The notes: generated from the letters alone by a model not told the origin. Positions 41,557 through 54,138 are shown, counted from the stretch's first letter. The stretch: DNA of 64,000 bases from Octopus vulgaris (GCA_951406725.2 OX597822.1:107508001-107572000), one strand, 5' to 3'. A program made the numbers and translations.

Positions 41557-42654
41557 ATATATTCCTATAATTCTTCGTCACGATCTTTGGCGTGAACCAC
41601 ACATCCATCTTGCTATAAAATCTACCGCGTTAGGTCAAAGTACGGTATTCCAATACTAACTGCAGACATCATTCCATCTATGCAGAGGTCAATATCTTTC
41701 CATTTTAATTCCTTAAACTTATGCATCTTTATATCATAAGACATTGTTTTACTTCTTTGAAAAGGCTGCATGGATTTTCCCGTTTGATTCTTGTCCATTC
41801 TCTTCATATACATTTTCCCACCTGCATTATGTCGTCTCTTTGCATTTTCATATTTTGCCTCGTTTTTTACGGCTGTGTGTATTAGATTCGCGAAAATTCT
41901 ATTTCATCATATGATCTGGCGGTATATTTTATTGTTCCTACTAATTCTGTTTTCACTGACCACAGTAGTTTTAAATAGAAGCAGCAGCAATATCCTCGTT
42001 TTTGTCACTTTCTGCATTCCTAGAAGTGAAGATCGTAGTGGTGATGATGTTTTGTTTTTCTTCACCGTACTAAATTTCGTTTATGCCGAAATGAAAAAAA
42101 GATTGACAGTTTTGATGGCGGCTTCCTATTTATTTTTTGATTGTTGTTCGCATTGACCTCTGTTAGGTTGTTCTTTTTCTTCGGTATGTTGTTGATTCAG
42201 TAGTACTTATTACTGTTGTTGTTGCTTTTGTTCACGTTACTGCTGTTTTTGTTGTCACTCGTCGCAGTAGAGCTGATGGTGCGGCTACATTGGACAGTCA
42301 GAAGAAGTCGGAGGGGAAGCTTTGATTGGCAAGTTTCATTTTTCCTCTCAACAACGCCTCCTGATTTCCCCCTTCTGGTTGGCAGGTTCATTGGTTGCCT
42401 GACAAATATAACGCCATATTTAGAATTGATATTTTGTTCAATGCAATGATTCTTGGAAATGTCTACTCAGATTTTGTATCCCTAAGAGACAAAAAAAAAA
42501 GAATACACAAAAAAAACAAAGGAATCGATCAGTTCTTTGGAGGTTTTGGTAAAATCACAACAGCGGATAAAAAATTTAACCCTAATAGGCACAAGGGAAA
42601 ATGTCTTTTCCAAGAAAGAGTTATAACATAAACAACACCACCAACAACAACAGC

Positions 42655-42699
<45 letters not shown>

Positions 42700-43834
42700 T
42701 TCTTTTTTTCTGGCGTTCAGCCACAGAATGCAAATTTATTCATATACACACATTATGAAAGCATACGATTAGAATTTTGCAAAACTCATGTAGGTGGGAT
42801 TGAACAAATGGGTTACATAAAACTGAAACTGGGTGAGTCAAAATATAGAATTGAAAATTAAAATGTGTAAAAAATTAAGACGTAGGAAATGAATATCTAT
42901 CAAAACAATAAATATATTTGAGTTATTTTTTTAACACAGTGGGAAAAACGAAACCAGCAGCATTTGAATTCAACATCAAACGCAGAAATTGCTTGAAATA
43001 ATTGCTACCCATTTAACTGAAAAAGAAGCTTTGTCATGCGACCATTATGAACAGTCAGTCACTACCCTACGCCACCAACTGCTCAAAGATCATCCTCAAG
43101 AAAGCAGCTTGCTGAAGACTCATTGTCTTATCATCACAGAAGCAAAATCTAGTGTTATCGGCATGGACGGTAAATTCAGATATGATATGATCTGGAAGGT
43201 TATTATTGAAAAGGGTTAATGGTATTGGACTAATTACAGAACCTTAAGGCACCCCGGCATTGATAGCTAATTAATCTGATTGTCATCTATGAAGGGCCAC
43301 ATTTAAAAGAAACGACTTTATGGTGTTAAGAGAAGTTCAAAACAAGCCAGAATTTCCGAGTTTATGAATTAGTCCAATGTGTGATGCTTCGTCAAAAGCC
43401 TTCGGAACTCGAAGAACTATGACTCTTGCTTTACCAGAAGAGTTAAGTGAAAAATATAATCATTGAGATATAAAAGTAGGCCTAGATGCACGAAAATTAT
43501 ATTAAAAGATTTTATTTATTACAGGAAGAAGTCTTATAGGACGATAATTGTGTAGGGCAGATATTTCCTCACTATTCTTGAAAAGAAGAAAACAAACGAA
43601 GATTTCCAAGGAACAGAAAGCAAGAATCGGAGAGAAATTTGTTGAACAATGTCGAAATAAGAAGGATCTAGTTCAGGGTTGCATTGCTGAAAAACGACGA
43701 CCGGTATAGCATCAGGACCACTAAACTTAAATGGATCCAGTTCTTCAATCACTCCTGCAACCATTTTAGCTGTTATATGCAGTAAGATAATGCGGCTATT
43801 AGGAGGTTTTGTATGAAACGCAGACAAATATGAC

Positions 43835-44788
43835 TTACTCTTTTACTCTTTTACTTGTTTCAGTCATTTGACTGCGGCCATGCTGGAGCAACGCCTTTAG
43901 TCGAGCAAATCGACCCCGGGACTTATTCTTTGTAAGCCCAGTACTTATTCTATCGGTCTGTTTTGCCGAACCGCTAAGTGACGGGGACGTAAACACACCA
44001 GCATCGGTTGTCAAGCAATGCTAGGGGGACAAACACAGACACACAAACACACAAACACATACATATAAAGGGTAAAGACCCCCTTCGGTCATGAGTGACC
44101 ATGGGTTTGCACCTAGAGAGTTACCCTCTGAGGCACAAGTCTGGGCAAGGTTGTTTTATGGAAGACCAGTAGTCGCCCATGCATACCGGCCTCCCCTCTC
44201 CACGCCACCAGTGTTATCCAAGGGAAAGACAAAGGTCGATACAGCTTGGCACCTGTGACGTCGCAACTCATTTCTACAGCTGAGTGAACTGGAGCAACGT
44301 GAAATAAAGTGTCTTGCTCAAGAACACAACACGCAGCCCGGTCCGGGATTCGAGCTCACAACCTCACGATCGTAAGCTCGACGCTCTAACCACTGAGCCA
44401 TGCGCCTTCACTTATACATATATACATATACATATATACATATATACATTCCACAGTGGGGTGTAAAAATACTGTCATTTTTTAATCTTCCCACACTTTT
44501 ACCTGACAGACGTGATCAGATTAAAACTTTGATGTTTCTTTTCTTCAATTATGATATCATTTTCGTAGAACATTGTTCAATTATGAAAGGGGTGGCTGTG
44601 ACAGCTTCAGAGACCTTATCCCATATGTGACGGAGTATAATGTATCTGGTGAAGAGTTTTCACCCGAGTTTGCTTCAGATTAATTAGAAGATTGCATTGT
44701 TTATACCTTTTATTCTTTTGAATAAGTATCAGTGGAATTTTCGAAACATATGTAGAAAGTAAAAATACTTGTTTAACTCCAGTTTTTA

Positions 44789-44836
<48 letters not shown>

Positions 44837-45009
44837 TACACATATACGACAGGCCTCTTTCAGTTTCCGTCTACCAAATCCACTCACAAGGCATTGGTCG
44901 GCCCGGGACTATAGCAGAAGACACTTGCCCAAGATGCCACGCAGTGGGACTGAACCCGGAACCATGTGGTTGGTTAGCAAGCTACTTACCACACAGCCAC
45001 TCCTGCGCC
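43835..45009 (-). mobile_element. SINE family A, expanded by insertions in its internal microsatellite
   Basis: Tail 43835-44060 and head 44845-45009 match family A. Confidence 0.9.
44067..44413 (-). mobile_element. tRNA-derived SINE family M (central TGTGTTCTTGAGCAAGACACTT domain), nested in family A
   Basis: A box TGGCTCAGTGG, B-box-like GCTCGAATCCC; matches the 59164 copy. Confidence 0.88.
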
Positions 45010-46657
45010 TATGTGCAATCTAAAATAAAATTAGCAGAGCACCGGCGAACAAACAGCTCAACCTTGGCCCTCGAAATTGTAGGAAATTATGGCCTATGAA
45101 AGAAAGGAGAAATAGACGATTTGCCCTTGCTGAAAACATTACTGCTGATTCTCCAGAAGTCGTGAGAGTTAAGGTTTTGTGAGACAAGATGGTCATGGGT
45201 GCTTTGGGTGTACAGAGACTTTGGCAACATCAATGACTCTTTTGCTTTCGTTACGAGCAACGCAGAAATTCTGCATATTCCCGTTAGTTCTTTTCTCACT
45301 GATGGAGTCAAGGGAGCAGTGTTTGCTGAGAAAGGGGCTGCTGTACAGGCAGGAGAGAACGAAGAAAAAGAAGAGTCAAGTCTCAAATGGAACTTGTAAG
45401 ATGGAACAAAGAACTCAATCCCATCGTAAATCCACGATGCAAACTCGGGTGAAAGCTCTTCACCAGATACATTATACTCCGTCACATATGGGATAAGGTC
45501 TCTGAAGCTGTCACAGCCACCCCTGTCATAATTGAACAATGTTCTACGAAAATGATATCATAATTGAAGAAAAGAAACATCAAAGTTTTAATCTGATCAC
45601 GGCTGTCAGGTAAAAGTGTGGGAAGATTAAAAAATGACAGTATTTTTACACCCCACTGTGGAATGTTGACGATCGTACAATATAAGTTGTATGTCGTTTA
45701 CTTAAATTTAATAAGTGTGCATAATTTATATATATGTAAAATGTAAATGTCTCAATCTTTAGTAATGTACCTTATATAGAATAAAATTTCAATGAAAATT
45801 AGCTGCAAAAATATCAGATTCTCTTATATTCACAGAAAGGGATTTATAACATACGAGAGAAGAAGACGGAAGTAGAAGACAGTTAAATTACAATGAAGGC
45901 ATCACAGGTATAAATAAAATCATAAGTTAAATGAAAATTAACTTTGCAACGTCTGAGGTTCAAAAGCTTTAAATTGCATAGCAAAAGAAAAAATAAACCC
46001 AAAATTAAAGTATATAATTTCGTTATGTTCCAATACTTCGCTCCTAATCGAAGTCATCTTTGACGCCTCTCAGTTCGAAACATAAGTACCATTCAGAAAC
46101 TAGGGTGGATACGATCGATTATATCACTCACCCGAAATTTGTAACTGTGTACTTAAGTCAGAAATATTTAATGTAAGATCTACTGTACGAACAAAATATT
46201 GTAGAGGGATGGTGTTAGTTGATGATATCCATCCTACCGATCAATTGTAACAACCGCGGAAAGATGAAATACAAAGTTGATCTCGGCGGAATTTGAACTC
46301 AGAATATAAAGAGCCAGAAAAATGCAGCCACTCATTTTGGTCGGCGTTAAAAGGATTTTGCTAACTCAGGATCTTGAATAGTTTTGACTTCGAAATAAAT
46401 ACTGCTTTCAAAGTTTGGCAGAAAGTCAGCAGGTTTGGAAGAGAGGATAAATCGTTTACATTGACCGCCAATATTCAAGTGGTATTTTATCGGTCGGGAA
46501 AGGGTTATGGCAAAGTCCACATAGGCAGATTATGAACTCAGAACATCATGACGGACAAAATGTCGATGAGTATTTTGCGAGGCGTGCTAACATTCGTGTC
46601 TGTTCGCCATATTAATATAGAAATAAATGTTGTAAAGGAGGTATATCCCTAACCGTA

Positions 46658-46888
46658 AGGCGGCGAGCTGGCAGAATCGTTAGGATGCCGGACGAAATAC
46701 TTAGCGGTATTTCGTTTACCGCTACGTTCTGAGTTCAAATTCTGCCGAAGTCGACTTTGCCTTTCATCCTTATGGGGTCGATTAAATAAGTACCAGTGAC
46801 GCACTGGGGTCGATATAATCGACTTAATCCGTTTGTCTGTCCTTGTTTGTCCTCTCTGTGTTTAACCCCTTGTCGGTAGTAAAGAAAT
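46658..46888 (+). mobile_element. SINE family C, full length
   Basis: 19-bp TSD AGGTATATC(C/A)CTAACCGTA; decayed family C pieces also at 46080-46610 and 48330-48530. Confidence 0.92.
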
Positions 46889-48921
46889 AGGTATATCACT
46901 AACCGTATTATATCTCGATTACATGCGTCACTATGTTTTGTAACGATTATTTATTAAAAACCCGTGGAAGTTATGTTTGCGGCCCACTGTACTATTTCAG
47001 ATAAAATCAAATACCAGTAATGTAATGGATGGACTCAATCGATTATATGACCCCTTTCTAAAATAAATACGTGGCTTTCAGCCAAAGTGAGGAGCCAAAA
47101 TTAAAAACATTGTGATTTATTTCTCTAAATATCATCAGAATTTACACTTGTTAGTAACATCAAAACATCAAATATCTGGCACATTTCCCAAGTACATTTT
47201 ATGTTAGATAGAAAAAAATCATAGCTAAATAATATGGAATTATTCATACACACAAAGTAAATTATATATATATATCTTATATGTTTATATCTATATGACA
47301 AACACAAGTGCATGTATATATATAATATATGTGTGTGTGTATAAGTATGAAGTTTGAAAGTATCGATGTACTCGGACAATAAATAATTTAATACAGAAAC
47401 TAATGGATGCAGATAAAACAACTTCTAAAACTAATTCGTCCTAACAAATAAGTTTGCCAATAAATTGAAAATGAATTAGTTAAAAGGTAAAACTTAATTC
47501 ATTGATATTGATAATTAAAAGGTCTCAACATTTCACAGGCAGGGTTTTTATTCTAAAATTATTTATATACACATTTATTTGCTAAAAACGTTTTTAAACA
47601 CCTACATTCATACACATACACACGCCAAAATCGTACACATTTACATAATTATACAAGCTTTACGTATAGTCACACATACCCGCATTAAATTGATAGTTTT
47701 ACAATGGTATGAAATTCAATTACCCGAACGGAGGGACTCAATACCGCAAACTAAAATGCAATAATATTGATTCAAAAGATGAATTGTACCAGTGGCTATT
47801 CAGAGGATTTCATTTGAGATTCTCAGGAAATTGGTTTATTTTAAAAACTTTCTTCTATAGTTGTCTACTAAATCTTATTGTGTCTAACTGAAAACAACTA
47901 AGCTACAATGACTGATAATATATGCGTATATAACCATATATAATGCATAATATATAATACATAGTACATGGACATATACGTACATATATATGTGGGTGTA
48001 CAGTGCGTATATGCAAAGATACACACATACAGACACACAAATACATATGCACACACATATATGTATATATAATATTCATGGAATATAAAATTTTCTAGAC
48101 AACAAATTCTGAAGATAAATTGATTTGAGTTCCTAAGAAAACTGCATTGTAAAAAGGTTACAAAAACACCTGAGTAGGCCTCGGGGTGAACATTCGAATG
48201 CATAACTTTTGAAACTTGTTATTTATCAATAGCGAAATGCGTGAAGGGGTTTATGACGAATTGGTTTTATCACACTTTAGATAAGTGACATGATATTTAC
48301 TGCATAGAAATACCATCTATAAGAGTAATAATGGTTTCAAATTTTTAGCACAAGGCCAGGAATTTTAGGGGCAGGAGTGAGTCAATTACATCGACAAGAG
48401 TGCTCAAGTAGTATTCATGTTATCGAAACCTGAAGGACGAAAGGTAAAGTCAGCCACGGCAGAATCTGAACGGAATGTCGCTAAGCGTTTTATCCGGCGT
48501 GCTAATGGTTCCGCCAACTCGTCGTGTTACCTGTAGGAGTAATATTAAAATTTGATTTTTCGACTCAACAGAAGATACTACCTCAATATCTTTAGGTCAT
48601 TTTAGCACCAGAGACGCAATTGTAGCATTATTAATTCATGGGGAAATATTTAAGAAGAAAGTTGTATTCTGTTTAAATGTAATATCAACCTAGACTTTTC
48701 AGCTGTAAAAAACGTATCTCAAGAAGTGTATATGCACAACATAACTTTTTGTTCAGAAACTCGGCGGAAAAGCACGACTATAATCTCATGGCAAATATAT
48801 ATATATATATATATATATCAACAATTGATATATATATAGCAAGTTCAGTATGTGGCAAAGTAATTTATTTTACTAAGCCCTAATTATATAATGTAATATA
48901 TATATATATATATACCGCCTG

Positions 48922-49155
48922 ATTTACCTCCGCCTTTGTTTGTCTGTCCGTGGACGAGATATCAAGAACCTCTGGATGGATTCGGGTGAAACTTTTAGAG
49001 ATGATTGGCTTTGGTAACTAGCACGAACTCATTAGATGTGAGTATCGATCCGGTATCAGACTCTGAATTATTTTTCCGATTTTTTACGTAATTTAAGAGA
49101 GCGGTGGTGTTCATTTTTAGTATTTTCGTTTGTGCGAGCATTTGAGTATATTTCA
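48922..49155 (+). mobile_element. Helentron-associated (HINE/DINE-1-like) element, truncated
   Basis: Starts TTTACCTCCGCC followed by GTTTGTCTGTCC; homologous to 51010-51350. Confidence 0.65.
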
Positions 49156-50038
49156 TATATGTATATATATATATTCAAAGATGAAGGTAACATTAAGAGG
49201 CTGAAATCAGTGAAAACATTTATAAATAATATTCTATTTAACGAACAATTTTGTCTTAAAGGAGTATGTCTTTTAGGGACAGAAAGAAAGGACACACCAT
49301 TAATCTCGCAGCCTATTTAAAGGGATAAAAGATAGAGGAAAAAATTTTTGTACCGTGTCCAATGAAAGAATTTTGCAAACACTGTTCTGTACAATGAATG
49401 CATTTAGGCTTAAAAGACATGTTTAGGAGCAGAAATGGAGTGCACACACAGAAGTTAGAAGACACGAAGGACAAAAAATAAATTTAAAAATTCACTGGTT
49501 TAATTTTGAATTATATGACTTCTGAAAAAATGTGTATGTTACGTAACGCTAATTTGCTTTTAGAATGATAATCCTTTCCAAACAATAGGCTGGAAGGACA
49601 GGATTATGCTCCTTATACACTAATAAAATATTAATCGTTTTGACGTTTCACGCCAACCTGTCACATTAGCTAATTTCGAAATATCAGTATGAAAGCAAGT
49701 TTATCGTAAATAAACATTCTAAATATAGACTTGATAATCCAGCAGGTTTATATGTGGATTTTCTTTGAAAACCATCGATGTTGTTGAAGTTACTATAAAT
49801 TCCCTGAATATCAATAGATACTTAATTTGTTTTTCTTCCTCAATAGTAGTCTGTGTCAAAGCTCTCTTGTATCCATCTGTAGTTGAAAACTATTTTGTAG
49901 AAGATTGAAAATTACTGTCTCATCACCCTTTGTCTTTTTCTCGATATAAGTAAAGCAATACTAATCTTTCCAATCGCGTGCACATCCCAACTGAATTTTA
50001 TTGCTTTTCCATATAACATATATAATATAAATATGACC

Positions 50039-50184
50039 ACCGAGGTCGACGTTGCCTTTCATCCTTTTGGGGTCGATAAATAAAGTACCAGTTTCGCACT
50101 GGGGTCGATGTAATCGACATAATCCCCTTCTCTACTCTTGTTTATCCACTCTTTTTTTTAGCCCCTTGTGGGTAGTAAAGAAAT
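50039..50184 (+). mobile_element. SINE family C, 5'-truncated
   Basis: Central domain and tail present. Confidence 0.8.
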
Positions 50185-50187
50185 ATA

Positions 50188-50936
50188 TCTCTCTATATAT
50201 AAAACTGAGAATGTGTGTCTGTCTGTGTGTTTCCCTAAAACTTGAGAACTACACAACCAATTTCATTAAAATTTTACACATGTCTTACTTAGGGTCCAGA
50301 GAGTGTCATCGGCAAAAAGAAATTTTAACGTTTTGCCTAGGGCGAGCCCACAGCAATATCCCTACGATATTTAAGGATTTTATATATATTTAAGGATTTT
50401 CCAGTAAACACATTTACTGATGTAGAAAATCCGTTCGAAAGCACTAATAAATCTCTAGACGAGATATAAACAGTTACTGCTCTATAACATAAGGGGCATC
50501 AGCCATCAGTAAATGTGTTTACTGGAAAATCCTTAAATATATAGCCTGTACAGAGAGTTATTCGTCGGAGAGCGGTGCTTACCATGCGTTGATAATAGGC
50601 AAAAACCTTGAAACCTGGTCCGTATGTAGCATCCGCTTCTTCGGGGAATGATCTCCCTTTGCAGGCTAGAGGACACCGAGATGGTGTCAGCCCTCCTGGT
50701 GACGTTGATGATCGCCTGGGGCTAAATGCATCAGTAACACCCCCACCGCCCTGCCCTGTCCCTAGCCACATTCAGATGGCTGATGCCCCTTATGTTATAG
50801 AGCAGTTACTGTTTATATCTCGTCTAGAGATTTATTATTGTATATATATAGATGTACATGTAATATGTACACATATATATACACATATATACATGCACTA
50901 GCACTATGACCCGTCGTTGCCGGGTCATAATGCTAG
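50188..50936 (+). mobile_element. Non-autonomous Helitron containing an inserted ribozyme element
   Basis: 5' A|TCTCTCTATATATAAAA; 3' hairpin GACCCG-TCGTTGC-CGGGTC, then CTAG|T; no TSD. Confidence 0.8.
50583..50626 (+). ncRNA. Type I hammerhead ribozyme variant (U3-A8 core) at the apex of a long hairpin
   Basis: Stem I CATGCG/CGTATG; core TTGATAA; stem II T-AGG-CAAAAA-CCT-T; GAAA; stem III AC-CTG-GT; GUC (C17 = 50620); stem I extends in pieces out to 50544/50667. Confidence 0.72.
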
Positions 50937-51009
50937 TATAATATAAATATGAATATAACTGTCTTCTTTTTACCATTACTTTCTCTTCCACCTTTTCTCC
51001 TTTTTATCA

Positions 51010-51350
51010 ATTTTTAACCCCACCTTTGTTTGTTTGTCTATCCGTGGACAAGATATATCGAGAACTGCTGGATGGATTCGGATAAAAAAATTCAGGGATG
51101 TTTGGCCTTGTAACCGGCACGAACTGATTAGATGTGGGGATCGATCCGGTACCGGACAAAGATTCTGGATTATTTTCCCGATTTTTTACATAATTTATGA
51201 GAGCGGTCATGTTCATTTTTAGTATTTTCGTTTTTGAGAGCATTTGAGTTTTATTTCAGATATTCTCATTTTAAAATCATCTCCGACTTTTCGTTGAGAG
51301 GACGTTGGTGTTGCCTTGGCGGAGGCTTACTTTCTCTGAGTGATCTTGTA
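51010..51350 (+). mobile_element. Helentron-associated (HINE/DINE-1-like) element
   Basis: (GTTT/GTCT) tract near the 5' end; 3' GGCGGAGG complementary to CCTCCGCC of the 48922 copy. Confidence 0.65.
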
Positions 51351-52314
51351 GATATTAGTTTCTTTCTTATTCTACAGTTTTCCAACACTAAAATATTATC
51401 TTTGTATTCCTTATTTAATCGTCCATACAATCTTAGCAGAGCTGCAATTTGGAGAACTAAAATGAAAGCTATCAGAAATATAACTTTCTTTTCCTTATAA
51501 TACGAACGTTAAGTGGAATTTGTCAATAAAATCTAGTAAAATCTATGTTTTACCTTTTAAAATAATATTTTAGGATTCTATTCAGAGATCATTCACGTTC
51601 TCTAAAGTGTCAATATATTTCTTTCTCCCTCCCCTTTTCCACTTATCCATTTCTTCATCCCATTTACCTTTCTTCAATATATAAAATTTTTATCCCCCGC
51701 CTATTATCGTGTACACTCCTCTGTATTAAATACATCCATTCTGATATTTTACTCGCCTCTCTAACATAAACGATGTTATTCTCCTACGCAACAAGGCTTT
51801 TATCGCCTTCACTGCATTTTTCTAACTACATTTAGTCAATCATAGTCATTTTTCATTTATTTGACTACTCTCCTCTAATAAATGCTACCTTTCGCCAACT
51901 TCCAGTAGATAGGAATTTATTGTATCCCTCATTATACAGCTTTATAGCCATTCTGCTCTTTTTATATCATTCTTCTATTTTGTTATAATTTTATTTATCC
52001 ATCATTTTGTACACCTTCCTCGCTTACTCCGTTTCGTTATCACTTTCTCTCGTTATCACTAACTCTCACTTTTATGCACAAACCCTGTGCCATTAACCTA
52101 TCACGTTTATTCGCAGTATTCTTATCTAGATGACTTCTTCAAGCAGTAAAGGTTTAATGTTTAATTTTTAATTTATAATCGCAGTATACAATAGATCGTC
52201 CAAATATATATTACACAATGTTTAAATAATGCTTCTACCCGAGTCAAAAATCGGTAACACAAACCCTGGAGTATTATCGAGAGAGAAACGTTTGCTATTC
52301 TTATTATGATGCAT

Positions 52315-52547
52315 AAGGCGGCGAGCTGGCAGAAACGGTAGCACGCCGGGCGAAATCCTGAGCGGTATTTCGTCTGTCGTTATGTCGTGAGGTCAAATTC
52401 CGCCGAGGTCGACTTTGCCTTTCATCCTTTCGATAAATCAAGTACCAGTTACGCAATGGGGTCGATGTAATCGACTTAATAACCTATGTCTGTCCTTGTT
52501 TGTTCCATCTGTGTTTAGCCCCTTCTGGGTATAAAGAGATAGGTATT
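52315..52547 (+). mobile_element. SINE family C
   Basis: Head, central domain and tail present. Confidence 0.88.
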
Positions 52548-52664
52548 TCGTCTGCTGCTACTTCCCATTTTTGGTGGTTCTACGATTTGTTGGCTAGGAG
52601 GAGATGTGCCGGGAGGTTAAACACAGACACACACACAGACACACATACAGACACACAAGTTGAG

Positions 52665-52706
<42 letters not shown>

Positions 52707-52711
<5 letters not shown>

Positions 52712-52927
52712 GAAATGAAGAAAATGCTGACAAATAATTGAAGTAATTTAAGTAATTTAATTAGGTGAAAGTTCTTTTTACCGGTTGCGCATTTGTTATG
52801 CTTATCAAAATATGCTTATCATATTTTGATAAGCATAACAAATGCGCAACCGGTAAAAAGAACTTTCACCTAATTAAATTACTTAAATTACTTCAATTAT
52901 TTGTCAGCATTTTCTTCATTTCCTTTT
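52707..52927. repeat. Perfect palindrome: 108-bp arms, 5-nt loop, between (TA)n tracts
   Basis: 52707-52814 is the reverse complement of 52820-52927; loop CTTAT. Confidence 0.93.
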
Positions 52928-52952
52928 TTATATACTCGTGTTCGACATCTCC

Positions 52953-53000
<48 letters not shown>

Positions 53001-53003
<3 letters not shown>

Positions 53004-54138
53004 TTTGATACTTTGATACTTTGATACTTTGATAGGTTTCGGCCATTATTGGCCCAGGCCATGTCTAACTTAATAGCACCACCTGGTGAAGTCTTTCAAG
53101 TCAGAATTTGGGCACTATGGCCCACTCAAGTAGAGAGTTATTGTTTACAGAGACATATCCGGGTGTAGGGGGTTTATCCGGGATTTCTTGAAGGAATCTG
53201 TCCAAAGACTTCTTGAACCCTATAGAGTCAGTTTCTGTTTTAATGTGTTTTGGTGTAATGTTAAAGAGAGCGGGGCCAATTGAGGTGAAATAATTGTGCC
53301 GTATTGTTGTTATGAGATGAGAGTGCGATTTTTGTTTTGGGCGGATGGCACGGGGCCCAAGCCTTGGTTGTACCTTAAAGGTGATGCCAACATCATTTGG
53401 GCAATGCTGATGGAATATTTTCCACATCATGCAGATGATGTAGCGCTCACGACGACGTTGGAGAGAATAGAGTTTTAGCTTTTCTAGCCGACCCCAATAG
53501 TCGAGGCCTGTCATGCCATCTATCTTTTTTGTGATTGCCCTTTGAGGTGATTCAACTTTTATGATACCTTGTATTGTGTGGGGAGACCACAGTGGACAAC
53601 AGTATTCAAGGTGGGGTCGGGCAAAAGTGGAGAAGAGAAGGATAATGGTGTGGATATCTCTCGACTGGAAAGTTCTGAGAATCCAGGAACACATTCTGCG
53701 GGCCATGTCAACTTTGGTGTTTATATGAGTGGCCCAGCTTACGTTGTTGTCCACAATTACTCCCAAGTCTCTGATGTTGTTGGACGCCGCGAGAGTTTCA
53801 CCTGAAGGAAGGGAGTATGGGAGTTTCAGGGCATCCTCTTTTCCAAAGTGGATTAGCTCAAATTTATCCTCGTTCAGCAGCATATTGTTTTTTTCTGCCC
53901 ATTGGATAACAGCCAGTAGATCTGACTGAAGGCATGTCCGGTCACTCGCCTCATTTATGACCTTCTGTAGCTTGGAGTCATCTGCAAAGATTTTTATGTT
54001 GCTGTGCTTGATGATGTCATTAATGTCATTAATGTAAATGATGAAAAGAAGTGGGCCCAGCACAGTGCCTTGCGGAACGCCACTACTGACTTTGGCTGGG
54101 CTTGATTTTACCCCTTCAACTACAACATGTTGAGATCT
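53001..54138 (-). mobile_element. 5'-truncated CR1-group LINE (RT C-terminal half, 3' UTR, 8-bp tandem tail) inserted in (TA)n
   Basis: Uninterrupted ~345 aa: [37 protein letters not shown]; stop at 53101; tail (TCAAAGTA)4 at 53001-53032. Confidence 0.92.

Larger units (their letters stand above)
43330..45666 (-). pseudogene. Decayed CR1/Jockey-group LINE ORF2 fragment interrupted by nested insertions
   Basis: Minus-strand peptides ELDPFKFSGPDAIPVVVFQQCNPEL, KAFD and HDFWRISSNVFSKGKSSISP, typical of the LINE RT N-terminal and tether regions. Confidence 0.7.

Noticed and set aside
40480-42450. Possible host exons (e.g. minus-strand AG...GT segment near 40666-40781) and short ORFs
   Set aside because: No recognisable protein similarity; splice-like sites are expected by chance, and old TE debris is as likely.
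44330-44410. tRNA genes (also at 10435, 16702 and 41250)
   Set aside because: The tRNA-like sequences lack a complete acceptor stem and run into SINE bodies, several with TSDs.
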